Source: Podarcis erhardii (Eukaryota). From it: a stretch of 64,000 nt of DNA. A program made the translations under genes and the position numbers. The DNA is taken from assembly GCA_964252035.1 (NCBI GenBank), contig OZ176204.1; one strand, given 5' to 3'. The notes under the pieces are model-generated. The model was not told the DNA's origin. It saw only the letters and a list, made by a program, of their open reading frames with translations, and searched no databases. This document shows, piece after piece, positions 36,535 to 50,400 of the stretch (position 1 is its first letter; every line of letters starts with the position of its first letter).

Positions 36535-36984
36535 GTTTAATGTGATGCACACACCAGGCCACATCAATGCAAGATGAACTCCTAAATGCTATGGTACCTA
36601 TTAACATAATTTAACACTTTAGGCAGGGCAATAGGAAGATTTTCAGTTTTTCACCTTGTTGTAAGGGCTAGCTGGTATTGCTGGATATATTACATCTGTT
36701 GACACTGAGACTAAAGCCTCAATTCATATCAATTAAAATTTTTGTCACTGAAACCAATGGGGTGCAAAATCATGCCACATGCAACACCAGAAAGAAACAA
36801 TTTTCTCTAGATGTGTGGACCGGTTCCAAACAATTCATAATTTTAAAGTGTTTTGTAACTATGCATATTGTTGCAAATGTTGTCATAATAGATTGAGGTA
36901 GTCATTTCTGCACAACAGCTTCACTTGCAACAGCTTTCACATGCTGTTGATGAAGAGCTAAATGAACAAATCAAATGGGGATCG

Positions 36985-37088
36985 TGAACCTTGGCTGTCC
37001 AGGTGTTACTGAACTACAACTCCCATAATCCCTGACTTTTTGCCATTGTGGCTGGAAGTTGGAGTCCAGCTTCACTAGGAGGGCCCAT
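36985..37088. mobile_element. Degenerate palindromic MITE
   Basis: CCAGGTGTTACTGAACTACAACTCCCATAATCCCTGAC resembles 36421-36460. Confidence 0.5.
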
Positions 37089-39816
37089 GAAAGAGAATAA
37101 GAAAATTATAATGTTACAGCTAATCTAAAATATGTATGTAAGACATATTATAACATATACTTAGATATACTCTGTAGGTGTGTTGCAAGTAAAAACCACG
37201 AGTGATGAACTTAAGTGAAAACTAGGTTTGAAAGAGCTTAAAACACTGAGATAAAAAGCCACTCTGTAAATGAGAACGATAAGTGAACCACTAAAGCAGA
37301 AATCAAAACCATATACATTTTGCATGTGGTTTGCTGAAAAGCAATACCACTAATTTGGCTCACTTGCAGATTCTTAAATAATAATTCTGTGTGTAGCTCT
37401 TGAGGAAAAATGACAACATAAATAGACTGTTTTGTCAACAGACTGAGGGTTAGTAAACCTTCAAAATGGGTTATGGGCTAAAGTGTCATTTACTTTTAGG
37501 AGGGCATTTTTAAGAGAGTCTAAACAACACATTTCTAGAATCCTTTAAAAGATAAACCAGTTCAAATCCTTGTTTTAAATCAATATTTTGAGCAACCCAA
37601 GTTTCCATCATCAATTCTGACTTTGGTTATTCCCCAAAGCTGTAGATTTATACATATTTGGAAACCAGAGTAATTGGAGTATGAAGGTAAACAGTTAGCT
37701 AAAAGTCCCACTGAGAAGTCAGAGGGCTGGTGGTCTGGAGACAGAAATAGTGGCAATTTACGTTGCCAAACATCAGAGTGTCTATGGTTGACTAGGCAGC
37801 AGGTTTCCAACCGCGGCAAGAGGAAAAACTCACAACTTTTATCCAATGCTTATAGATGCAACCAAAATCTAATGATTGTGCTACGTTAGCTTATGGGTAC
37901 TGCTGCATCAGCACTCAAAAGAAGGTTGCTAAGTCCTAGAGCAAATGGACATGGGGGAAAATGTTTTAGATGCTACAACTGTAATCCCGAGTGCCCTCAC
38001 TAGACAGCAACTCATCAGCGTGACTCAATTCTGAGTAAAAATGCCTGGGATAACAACACAACATGATTTGCAGGCTGAAGCGTATGTTCAGCCAGCCCCG
38101 AGCTCTGTGCTGCAATTGCTATGTACGCACAACCCTTGATACAAAAATATTATATAAGGGAACATGGGGATTCATTACAAGTCTTTACTTGAATGGAGAA
38201 TAGATTTGTTGTCTGTGACGCTAAATAAACCCAGAAGTGTTTTGCACAATACTTTTAGTTCCATGGCAAAAGATTAAGCTTCTGAAAGGTGGTGCTCTAT
38301 AGCAGAAGAATCAATTGATAGGTTGACTTAGCCTCATAGCAGGCTATTGTTGCTGTGTTATGTTACAATTAATTTTTAAAATATATTTTTTGCCAGGTAA
38401 AAAGGGCCTTGACGTGTAAATTGCACAATGATTGAAATATTGTTCAGCCACAACTGATAAGTGTCAACAATCCTTTATAAGTACAACATCAACATGGAAA
38501 TAAAAACAATGGCACTCCATGTCTGATAACATCATTCAAAATCAGACGGCTTCCGTGTCAGTTGCCCTCCGCTCACACTGCAGGTTAAGACTGAATGGCA
38601 AACCCTGAGTGGAGACCTCAGGAGAAATTCACAAAGTGTGAACAAGACCTCAATCACAAATGCAAATGAAACCATACTAGATTATTCATGCCTTTAATTA
38701 AAAGAAACTTACTATGACAAACAAAGGGAAATAAAGAAACAAGAAAAGCTTGGCTTGTTTGGAAACAAAAGAGAATGTTGCATAATAAATCGTGTGGGCT
38801 TAGTTTAGGAAATCTTTGAAAGATTTGCAAAAACTGCTTCAGTTTGGGCCTGGTAAAGAATCATATACGAAAACCCTATGAAATGCTAGGCATGCTACCT
38901 AAAACTGAAGGTGACAAATGCTTTGGGGGAAAGTGAGGCAGTACTAAGGGGAACATGCTGTAAAGGACATTAATACTACAGTAACAACACAGTTTAACCG
39001 TTCACAGTTGATTTTTGTGCTTATAAAACCTTGGAGAAAAAAAAAAATCAACAGATCTTTCAACTGGCTAACAAAGATAACTGAGACAAATAAATACAGT
39101 TCACGAGAGTTTTGGGGGACCTTCACTCAAGAAACTAGACAATGAGGTCAGGCTAAGTGAAGCACATCACAAAAAAATGCTTACTAGCCTAGAGTACATC
39201 CTTTACAGGACAGAGAACCATCTTGCTTTCAGTGCTTGGCAAACACTGAGCCTGCAGGACTGCTATTGTGAAACACAGCTTACAACCATCCCACCCACCC
39301 ACCCCACTACTAATGGGAAGAATCAGGATGCAATCTTAAGTCCATCAACTTAGTGCTTATTATGGTGATGAAAGGAATAATGTTCATGTTACCTAAAAAT
39401 GAGAATTCAACACAATGGTGAATTGTTTCAGAAATCTGTCTTCTCCAACTGCTAGATCTCTCGACATGTCTAGCTCTTCTTTTTTTTAAAAAAGGCTGAC
39501 ATTTTTCAATCTACTGCATTATGGTAAGCATAGATGGTAACAATAAATTAATATTTCCTTCTTCATTTGAAAATCAATAGTTTCAAGCAAAACTAAGAAC
39601 CCACATCATACCAATAACCACAAACCAGTTCTCCTCCATGTTTCTCCAGTTGGTTCATTTACACAGTAGTGCTCTCAGAATAGCTGTTAGTACATCTTTT
39701 TGTCATTTCAGCTTTCCAGAGTCATTAGTATTAGGCACTGAAACGGCACAGCACTCGCCTGCCACTCTGTTGAAGCTTATAGAGCATCTCTTTCCTATGT
39801 TGTTTCCTCCTTTGAC

Positions 39817-40108
39817 NNNNNNNNNNNNNNNNNNNNNNNNNNNNNNNNNNNNNNNNNNNNNNNNNNNNNNNNNNNNNNNNNNNNNNNNNNNNNNNNNNNN
39901 NNNNNNNNNNNNNNNNNNNNNNNNNNNNNNNNNNNNNNNNNNNNNNNNNNNNNNNNNNNNNNNNNNNNNNNNNNNNNNNNNNNNNNNNNNNNNNNNNNNN
40001 NNNNNNNNNNNNNNNNNNNNNNNNNNNNNNNNNNNNNNNNNNNNNNNNNNNNNNNNNNNNNNNNNNNNNNNNNNNNNNNNNNNNNNNNNNNNNNNNNNNN
40101 NNNNNNNN
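39817..40108. other. Assembly gap (292 N)
   Basis: Run of N. Confidence 1.
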
Positions 40109-41094
40109 CATTACTCACACCCTGTGTTCGCTAAGATGAATTGTGCTTACAATTCTTCATTTTCAATCATCAACAACACTTGCAGAAACAACTTCAGCTC
40201 TGTTGACACAGAAATGTCCTGTCTTCTCAGCAGACAGTTCTCAAAGGAACTTATTGACAAACAGCTGCATGTCATCCATCTATTTAAATATTTGGTGGCA
40301 TTAAAGAAATATATCCTTTCCCTCGTTCTGAGTAAAACACCCTGTCACTCCTTTATGCTATATAATTTTTCCTAGGTGCCACAACTCTAAAACGCTTCCA
40401 GTAAAATTGGTCTGCATCCACAGGGCATTTTGGGGGAAAGTTCAAATGAAAACCTGTGTGAGCTGGATCCCAGATTAGTGCAAAAAGGCACCCTGGATGG
40501 GGCAAATCATTAACACAGGTGATACATTAATAAAATATTTTCATGTTTAAACATACATCCACCAAAATAATTCCAAAACCAAACTCAAACCTGCAAAATG
40601 TAGCATGAGAAGTGTACCCACAAATGTCTCACAAACGCAGAAATTGCTTCAGGATATATTACATTAGCCAAACTGAATACCAAACCAGTGTGATTTAATG
40701 ATTATGGTCCTGGACTTATGAACAAGACCCAAATCCCAAGTCTTCTCAATCAGGAAATTCAGGGACTAACTGGAACAGTAGCTCTCTATCTCTCAGTCTA
40801 ACTTACCTCATAGAGCTGTTGTGAAGTTAAGCCCTTGAGGTAGGACAGGACAGAAATTTTATATAAGTACATTAAAATAAAAAAAAACTAGCTTTCAAGA
40901 TGACTCTAGTGAGACACTAGGTACCTGCTGGTTTTCTTTTTTTTAAAAAAAAGGAAGAGGTAAAGGATAAAAATATTTCTAATGCCACTCTTTCCTGAAG
41001 AAACACAGTGTTTCTCTTCTGAAAAAGCATTTAGTGGTGTTTTCGGAGTCATAACATTGCTCAGTAGCAAAGACAGGCTAGACTACAGAGGAAG

Positions 41095-41222
41095 GATGGG
41101 GACCAGTGGGCCTCTAGATTTTAATTGACTATATCTCCCATCATTGTTCACCATTGGTCCTACTGTCTGGGCCTGGTTGGAGTTTGGAGTCAAACTGTAT
41201 CTGTAGGGGACACAGGTTCCTC
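41095..41222. mobile_element. Highly degenerate palindromic MITE
   Basis: GGGCCTCTAGATTTTAATTGACTATATCTCCCATCA...GGAGTTTGGAGTCAAAC resembles the 36421 family. Confidence 0.45.
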
Positions 41223-44200
41223 AATCTTGACCTAAAGGATTCTCTTCAAACTCTTTTAAATAAATGTATAACATAATCCTATGAATGTGCACTCAAACGT
41301 CCCACTGAGTTTAATAGGTATTACTCCTAGGTTAATGTGCATTGGATTGCAGCCTTACATTTCCTTTCAAGAGCATGGAAAAATACTTTCATAGACATAG
41401 TTTCCACCTTCTTTGCACTATCGGAAACATATGCCCCCAAACCTGGAAAGCCAAACTAGACTGCTCAAATACTACTACTGAGCTTATAAAATAAAGTCAT
41501 GCTTTTCCAGCGCACAACTAAAGAACAGATTTTTCCACATTCAAATAAGGGAGGGATTACATAAATAACATGAACCCAGGAATTCTGGGCCAGGATGATT
41601 GATTAATTAATGGCAAGTTTAAGATAACGATAGGAATATAAAGTCTCTTGAAGCCAGGTAGACACAATAAAAATGTTTATAGGCTAGGATGCTGTCAAGA
41701 CCACTGTGATGGAGGGGCATATTTGTCTACTACTGGATGAATCATCCCCATTTATGCAAAATATTTCATACAAAACGGGGGGAAAGTCTCTTCATTGTTG
41801 CCAAAATGGAAAAAAAAATACAAGCAACCTTTAAAAAAAACAAAAACCCAAAATTTGTTTCCTCTGCCTTATGGAACTAGTGTTGTTCTTTAATTACTCA
41901 GACAATGATTACTTTTGCTACATAGCCCCAGAATACAACGTCTCATCCTACACTTTCCTATGTGTCAAGCAGCTCATGCAAGTTGACCCTGTGAGACAAC
42001 TAGGTAAAGAATTGTTAGGCTACATTTTGATCAATCTTCCAAATTTGACATGGGAATACTTGCTCTACTTGTTTTGTGTGTGGGTTTTCCAGTTAGATGG
42101 ATATGAATAACTGCCTTTGGCAGTCTGCTCTGCTGCATGCTGTGCAATGTATCATAAGCTGCAGCTGGTGGGAGGAAGGTCTATAGCCAGCCTGGCTAGA
42201 AAACACCCATGCAGCATACACACAGACATGCCTTCCACAAGGTTGCAAAAACTGAGTTGCTACTGCCCTCTTTAAATTTATTACTGGCATCTGGCACCCA
42301 GGTTTCTGAAATCATCCAGGAAGAACGACAGGAAGGCCACCCACGCAGTCCAGTCTCAAATCTCATTTCCCAACCAGTTTCCATGAAGACAAGTCAGGTG
42401 GGAAGAGTTAGGATGAGCTGAGAAGATTTTGCTTTCCCTAGCAAAGTCCAGTTTTAACATCCTTTTTTCCTTCCCTGGTGGATCCCAGTCTTAATCTCAA
42501 TCTTCTTCCCTGGGACAGCATGATTTAAATCTTCTTTCTTCCTTGAAGTCTTAGCAGAACCTACTCTGATCTCCCTCCCTCCCAACCTCCTTCGAAAAAA
42601 GGTGAGAAGAGAACACCATGCACCAAAGAAAGAAGAATTCCTTCTCTTGTTTGTGCATGTCTTGCCCTCCCTCCAAGCTGGCTCCCTTGCACGCATCAGC
42701 TGCCTGAGCTGTGTATTTGCAGGAAAATGTCAAGTGTGCTGTACATCACCCATGACAGCTCACACACATTTTTCCATGCAGGTAAAATGCCATGTGTGAA
42801 GGTGTACCATCAGCTGTATAAGGAAGCCTATCAGAGACCCAATAAAATTCCTTTTATTATATCTGGGACGTAACAAAACCATGAGATGGGGTGGTCATAG
42901 AGCAGTGAGGCCACATACCACACCACTGGTGGACTGCCTACAGCTCCATGTGTCAAGTTGTGAAATACTTGGTTAAATGTTAGGACAGAGCATGAAATTT
43001 CTCCACTGATTAAATATACCATAGAGATGTGATTTAAGCACACACAGTCAGCATTGCCACAAAGTAAAAGTTTGTGGAAGCCCAAAGGGAGGAGAAGTAA
43101 AGCTTCTGCAATGTTTTAGCAGGTTTTCAATGCAGTAAGTTCTCATAAGTAAAGAGAGCAGCCCTTGGCTGTCACCACTGCCATTCTAGTTCCAGCAACA
43201 ATGGCTCTTCACCAGTCTGGACAGAAAGCCAGACTTCGTCTCCACCTGCAAACAGATGGGCTCATCTATAAAACCACTGCCAAAAGCTTTTACATAATGA
43301 ATTCCTAAGGCTACTTATTATAAAACAACTAGGTGCAGCCTCATTAAACATTAGCTTGGAAATAAATAAAATAAAATAATGACAGGGTGAAGAAGTAAAG
43401 TGCATTACAGCTGTCTAAACTGAACAAACATCCCCATCCCCCCACATCATATTCTTATGTGGAGGAACACACCCTGTTGCAGCCAAAACCAAGAGCAAAA
43501 CCCATTTGCCACAAGTGGTGAGTGGATTAACAGACCTATGAGGGCACGATAATCTGCCACATAAATGACTCAATCAAATCCAAAATTCAGGATACGAAAA
43601 TAAACCCCAGGGAGGCACTGTGCTAAAGTATGTATGATTGATGGAAGCTCTCCTTTACTAAAATGTATGCAAAAGTAAAAGAGAAAGCATTTCACAAATT
43701 GTTTCGAGGGATTTTTTTTTAAAAAGACAATAAAGATATTGTTCCACTATCCTTAATATTTCTCCTCCCAACTCTTTCTAGCACATTCACCTTGAATGCT
43801 AAAGCTAGATGAGAGTGGGAGGACAATAAGCTTTCCGAAGCAAGACACAATGTGGTGTATCGGGGATTCAAAGCAGATCAATACATACTAAAAGCATTCA
43901 AGTTCTTTGCATGCTTCTGTTTGCCCACATGGGCATCAAGCCTTAGCAAACACAGGCCAAGAGAACAATGCGGTCTGTTCTCAGACAAATATTAACGGGA
44001 TAAGATTTCTCAGTAACGCACATTGTAGTGTGCCCTACCCTCCAGTGAAGTTATCTGTCTTCAAATGGCCAGTTCAGGAACAAGTGGGCTTAAGATAACA
44101 ACCTTCAACCGCAAAACCATGAAACTGGCATGACTTTTCTGTCAGACAGACTGACACTGTCTGATCCCTGGGGTGGGGCTCCACTAAAACTAGAACCAAA

Positions 44201-44267
44201 GCTCAGCTTGCAAAAGCTCTCCCACAATCAGTTTACAGGTCTGGAGCCATCAATCCAGTTCACATAA

Positions 44268-44306
<39 letters not shown>

Positions 44307-44348
44307 GAAGAAGAAGAAGAAGAAGAAGTAGAAGAAGAAGAAGAAGAA
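44268..44348. repeat. Compound (GAT)12(GAA)n microsatellite
   Basis: (GAT) 44268-44303, then (GAA) with one GTA interruption. Confidence 0.97.
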
Positions 44349-45037
44349 AGATGGCTATTTGGAACAGCAGAACACACTCCAGGTTCCCAACTGAGTTAAA
44401 ACATTTTTTTTTAACCATCTACAGAAAGAGAGTCAATTCATGCATATACTGTTGATATTAAGCAGAAAACATCGTTCTCCCTTCACTCAGCATCAGAACA
44501 AAACACACAAACTTCGAGAGGATTAATCTTCCTCTTGAAGATGGGAGATTTTCAGAGCAAAACCCACCACCAAAGTCAGGGGCAGCAAACAGCTGCTTGA
44601 CAGTTGAGACAGTAAAAATTGGTTATTTTTCCTGAGACATGGTATGTACACATTGCATTTAAACACAAAAGCCCCACCTCCTCTGAATACCTGGGCATTG
44701 CTATTCATGACTGCAAGTGCAGCAACATTTTGAAGAGGTCCTACACATGGAGTGGCATTTGAGTGTAGGGCTCCTCTACCTGTGGAGGGTTCCTAGGCCA
44801 AGCAGGACCTGCTGTCTCATTGAAGAACCCTACATGCATACATCAATACATGCAAAAAGCCCCTTGTCACCCAATGGGTATGTTGGGTGTGGGGCTAGTC
44901 CACACAGTCCTATAAACCTCTCACACACACTTGCAATACAGGAGGGAATTTATCTGAAGTCGCTTATGGTATATATTACACATTATATACATAAGAAAGT
45001 TTTAGTCATAAAAATATGAATTTTAAAAGAGTTTAAG

Positions 45038-45068
45038 TTACAGATAGGTAGCCGTGTTGGTCTGCCAT
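45038..45068 (-). mobile_element. 31-bp micro-insertion resembling a PLE (Neptune-type) terminus
   Basis: TTACAGATAGGTAGCCGTGTTGGTCTGCCAT flanked by perfect 9-bp direct repeat GAGTTTAAG (45029-45037, 45069-45077). Family call is from recall. Confidence 0.65.
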
Positions 45069-47161
45069 GAGTTTAAGATGATACAATATTACAAAGCAAT
45101 TTAGGCTTGCTGCAAGTTCTACTAAGGTAGAGTCATAGCCAGATTTAGGAATCAACACTGGAAGAATTCACTGCAGGCTGCCAGCAGGACTATCAGAGGT
45201 GCCAGGGTTGCAACCTGGAGGGTGCCGATTGAGATGTCCATATTGCAAAGAGAGTGAGTCCACTGTATGATGTTTTGCAGAGGTCTCTAGGGAAGGACAC
45301 GGCAACCAGGTCTTCCCTATGCACCACCATATGGAGTCCTTTGCAAAAGCCTTTGGGGGACATTTCAGGTACTCCCTTACAGCTAGGCTGTACAACTCAA
45401 AGCCTTGAGTCTTCTATTGCTAACACAAAAAATTGTTCTGATTTTAAATTTCCTCCCTGCTATTTGCAAGGATAGTTAATGATAAATTCCATTTGGTACC
45501 ACTTGAGCTCCGCTTACTTGTTGCAAAAACATAAGTAGCAATTTGGTCAACCTAACAGTTTAAATTATGGCTTCTCCCAATAAAACTCCAGGAGTTCAGG
45601 CAGAGAAACTTTGGATAAACTGAAAGTAAGCTTGTTCATTTCCCTCTTTTAAGCTCTGGGGTGTGCCATAGTTGGCTGTCCAGGGCATATATGGACAGCG
45701 GGCTTGTCCCTCTACAGGAAGTGACATGTAACTCTTCCACATGAAAATGCAGAGCTGAAGTAACGGGGGTTATACAGAATAAAAGTTCATCCTGCAAGAC
45801 CAGGAAGGCAGTCAACAATGGAGTTGTCAGAATTCCCACATGGCTGGTGCCAGAGTACCAACTCATTCTATTTTAGCTTTACACGTTTTGCTGTAGTTGG
45901 AGGCTCATTTGTAAGCAACTTGAAATATTGATGGCTCCACTAGCCCTTTCCTGATGAAATAATCACTATAAAGTTTGCATTTCCTCAGTAGTATTTGAAT
46001 GCAATGCTGATGTAGTCACTACTGGAAAATCCAGCAATAGTTCAGAATACTGCAAGTTAAGTCAGTATTAAGAGACTACATGGGTGGTTTTGTAGCAAAC
46101 AGATAACCTATTGTGCGAGTCCCTGACAGCTTCCTACCTGCTCCAGGAAAACAGTGGTACTCCTCCGAGTAAGAAGACATTGTGCAAACAGGAATTAATT
46201 AAACAACCATGTTACAGAACACAGATAGAAAGCAACGTAGCTATTGCAAAAGTAGTATCAGATGAGGACAAAATACCGCTGGGAAAAGGTAAATGCAGAC
46301 ATGTACACATAGCTTTAAGCAGCCTATAAATAATAGATAGTAATTTGGTTTAATAACTACATAATCTCTCTTTAGGCTCTGCTTTGTGCTGAAGTGTTTA
46401 GAACCTTATGAAACACATTGGCCACAATCCAGCACAAGTAGAGAGCAATCCTAAACCCCAATCTGGAAGGAGATGCGACTGGGTGGAGTTATGCCTTCAC
46501 CTGGTTCTGCCAAACTGCGCCCACCAAAAACACAAACATTCAGGAAGCTCCCATTGACAGTCATGAACATAAGTCCACAAAACAGGGCATGCAGGACAGA
46601 TTCAGGGCAGAGGTGAAGCAGATATGGCAATGGATCCTAGCCTGGCCCATTTTCAAGGCCCCAGTCTGAGCCACCTCAGCCTAGACTGCCACAGCAAAAA
46701 AAAAAAAGGGGGGGGGAGAAAACCACCTCGCACTTTCCCTCTTGGCTAGTAGGACACAGGCTTTGGGTGCAGCAGTGACTCTGCTGCTTCATTCTGCCCT
46801 GCTCCTCTCAGCCAGGAAGCAGGATTGTTCTGCTAGTGTGCTTACAGGCACGTTTCAGGCAATGCACTTAACGGATGTATTGGATTTTGGCTTTCAGCTA
46901 TTTAACTTTGAAATATTAATCAAAAACTTCATCCAAACCCAAACTCGCCTCTACCAACAATGGTTTCTCCCAAATTCAAGATTTGTTTACCAGAGATCAG
47001 ACTTAGAATATTCTTTAAATTAGATGAGAAGGTTCTGAAACCTCAAATGGTTTGTAATACAGCTTGAAGGCTGGAAGGAACATACTTTTGCCAGCATTTA
47101 AAGAGTTTCACTAGCTTCCAGTATTTCCAGCTATAATTCAGAGGGTTTGAAAGCCCTAAAC

Positions 47162-47488
47162 CAGTGTTTCCCAACCATGGGTTCCCATACATTACTTGAC
47201 TACAACTTGCATCACCCAGACTATTGCCTACACCAGTGGTGTCCAAACTTTTTTCAAATAGGGTCAGATTTGATGAAGGGCAGGGCCGACCAAAGGACCA
47301 ACCAAAGTTGTTAACCTTTTTTTAGGATTTTACCTCAGGAAATAAACTGCCACAGGGGTCAGATTAAACCAACCAGCAGGCTGGTTTAGACCCCCGAAAT
47401 GGACTTTGGACATGCGTGGCCTACACTAACTGGGGATGGTGGGAGTTGTAGTCAAACAGCATTTAGGGACTCAAGGCTAAGAAGTCTG
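47162..47488. mobile_element. Outer palindromic hAT MITE
   Basis: Perfect 8-bp TSD CCCTAAAC (47154-47161, 47489-47496); arms ACTACAACTTGCATCACCCAG / CTGGGGATGGTGGGAGTTGTAGT. Confidence 0.85.
47234..47418. mobile_element. Inner hAT MITE nested in the outer MITE loop
   Basis: Perfect 8-bp TSD GCCTACAC (47226-47233, 47419-47426); imperfect TIRs CAGTGGTGTCCAAAC / CTTTGGACATGCGTG. Confidence 0.85.
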
Positions 47489-50400
47489 CCCTAAACATTC
47501 TGGAACTAGGCTACCTGGAAGGATCTGCTGCTCCTATATACACCTGTTGAACTGCTAAGATCTTCATTCCACATCTTGAATTAAGGTGGTGGGTGGAGAG
47601 CCTTCTCACTAGTGGTACCCTACTAATGAGATCATTCTCTTGATGTCAGTTCAGAAATTGTTTTTCAAAAAATCTTTTGTGTGAGAGCCAAGTTTGCTTG
47701 GGATTGCAGAGAATGTCTACTTCGTGATGCATAAACCACACACACTGGTTTTATCAGTACAGAATGACAAAGCCATGCATGGATGGTATATCATGAAACT
47801 GAAACCTTAACACAAAATTATGTTCAGTGGTGCATAAGTCAAAACATTTGATCATGTGTACTATCTCTCTTCTTGTATGGAACCCAACTTTCTGAATAAG
47901 GTAGCTTGGAACATACATTTACATTGCCGCTTTTCAGAAATAGGATCCTTTACAACACAAAAACTATGGCTACATAGGTGCCACTTCCTGCAAAGATAAT
48001 TTGCTTAACTGGAAACACAAAAACACCACTTAACCAAACACTGTGTCCGGTAACCACATGCAAAAGTGGTTGATTTTATTCATCATGAAGGTCAAGTAAA
48101 AATATTTTTAAAGCAGGGATTATTCTGGTAGACAAACGGATAATGCAATAATACAAGTAGACAATGCAGATGAACAAATGTTGCAAACCTAGGTAGCACA
48201 TTTTGCACCTTGTGATATTTTACTTCACTGCTCTGAATAGTCCTGGGGAGACTGCAGCATCCAAATTATTCTAATGATGAGAGGTCCACAAAATTGACTT
48301 TTCATTACAAGTCTTTGTTTTGTGAGTGTAATGAGCTCCAAACCTCTCATTGAGAATGGAGTTGGGAAGGGTAGAAGAGGAACCATCCCCACAGTTGTAC
48401 AGAGCTTTAAGATGCTTGATGATAGCTAGGGTTAGTTCATGACATGCAGAAGTTCCAGAGCACTTCAGAAGCACATGGATGGTACCAAACATTCCTCATG
48501 AGCTTAGACCTGAGGAGAATAACAGGGGATTGTCTCTGACTTTGTGCTGCACTTGAATCCAACACTATGCCAGAAACAAGATCTCACCTCTCACACACTG
48601 GGGCTGGCACAGAGCACTGGAAACGACAGGGTTGGGCTGGCTACCAGAATGGTCTGAAATTGTGGGGCACTGATAATGACCAGCTACTCAGAGCATCGTT
48701 TTCACACAGTTAAACATAGCATAAAGCTAGCAATTTTGATCCCTGAGGTGCAAATAACCTAGAGTTGCTAATAGCGTGAAGGCACAATGGCTCTAAGTAA
48801 TTTAACTAGTGTAGGAACTATTCGTGCAATCACTGCAGAGAAAAGTCTCTGGAAGAAATTCCTCCTGCAACCATAGGACTAAAAGGGACCTGAAAAACCT
48901 GTGTCATGCCAAAGGCAATATCCTTCATATATCATGTATCCCATATTACTATGCATAATCCTGAGCGCAGGAAGAAATACCAAGAATCAGAACAACCAAT
49001 TTAAGATTACTTGCATGGAAGAAAACAGAACTATTTACTTTAGCAGCAATCACACAGTGAAAAGTACACTTGATCCCAACTCTGTTCAGGAGTGTGGCTA
49101 CTGCTTGCTGATTTGGAATGGGCCTCGCATGGGGGAGGGGAGAAGTAAGCCTTTCAAACAGAGTTTGACCTTTTTGGCCGATGTATGTTCTGCTGGGTTG
49201 TTAGGTCATGTGACCAAGCTGAATAGCGTTATGATCCTGTGTAAGTCCCCATTGCCTGATCCCATCCCAATAATTTCTGAAAACAAATAAATTCCCTGGC
49301 CATTAATATTAGCTTGGTGCATGCCACATGTTACTGTGAATATTGTATCATTTGGTGTTACTCATTTATGGGGCTTTTTTAATGAAGTGATTTTGTTATT
49401 GTTGTTCACTGCTTTAGTTATCTTTTAAAAATACAAATTTGTATATAAATAAATAAATATCAGTACATAAAAATGTAAATTGCTTTTAAGTAAAGTAACA
49501 CTGTTTCCCAAAGAGTCACATGCATATTAAACATTTGCATAAAAACATATCCACCTTCAATCACAGGATCAAACGTTATCAAGATTGCCACAAATAATGT
49601 TTGACACATGCAGTCCATCCGGTTGCATATCCTCGCGTATGTTGTAAAAAGATGGAAACATACTGTGAGGATTGAATAAGTATTCTCCCAGCAAACATTG
49701 TAATTAAATTGCAACAGCAACAGTGACAACAACATCTTTATCTACACGTGCTGAAATATTTGCAGAAAATAGCTAGCAGTTCCAACAGGAAACACCTCAC
49801 GTATCTTGGTGGGGGAGCTGTTTTAGGAAAATAAGCCTGCTATTACTTGACTGACACTTTCTTATTAGTCAGACGTCGGTTGGTACTATGAAAACTTGCC
49901 AAAAACAGTTTTACAAAAACTGCCGCAAGTGTTGGAGATAAGAGATCTCGTGACTACATACGTGCTCCTCATTCTGGGGATCAACAGAAATGTATGGGAT
50001 TTTTATCAAACAAAGAATTTTATAGTAAGTGGGTTTCATGGTTACTGTATCCATAGCTACTAGGTTAAAAAAATAAAATCAGGAGACACCAACTAGTTTA
50101 TTTGGCATGAACTTCCATAGGAAACAGCCTAGTCAATCTGATAAAATAGACTCTAGTCTGCCACAGACGTTCCAGTGTTTAGGCAGGAAAAACCAATATC
50201 CATGTACTCTACATTTGCAAGGAGTGGGATATTTCAACACCTTTTGCTCTCACCACAAGATAATTACTAAGCTGAAATTGAGTCGAGCTGACTCTATAGG
50301 GTGTGTTTTGCAAATTAATTTCCAACTTAATTAACATAATGAGTGATTTTGATTTGCCTTATCAGGTTCTTTTTTGCCTTGAAGGAGTTGAATCTTTCCA

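Noticed and set aside
38080-38130. Minus-strand GCGTACATAGCAATTGCAGCACAG resembling part of human exon 4
   Set aside because: Peptide AYIAIAAQ versus AYKTIEHQ, no upstream similarity and no matching splice sites; chance match.
39638-40375. 245-aa ORF and the overlapping minus-strand ORFs
   Set aside because: Artefacts of translating through the 292-N gap; the flanks have no protein-like features.
48271-48492. 73-aa ORF as a possible TE protein remnant
   Set aside because: No recognisable RT, endonuclease or transposase motif.
49560-49670. Possible cassette exon after CCTCACAG, ~12.8 kb from exon 3
   Set aside because: The phase-0 frame hits TGA before any good donor and shows no similarity to TCF7L2; it may still be a non-coding element.
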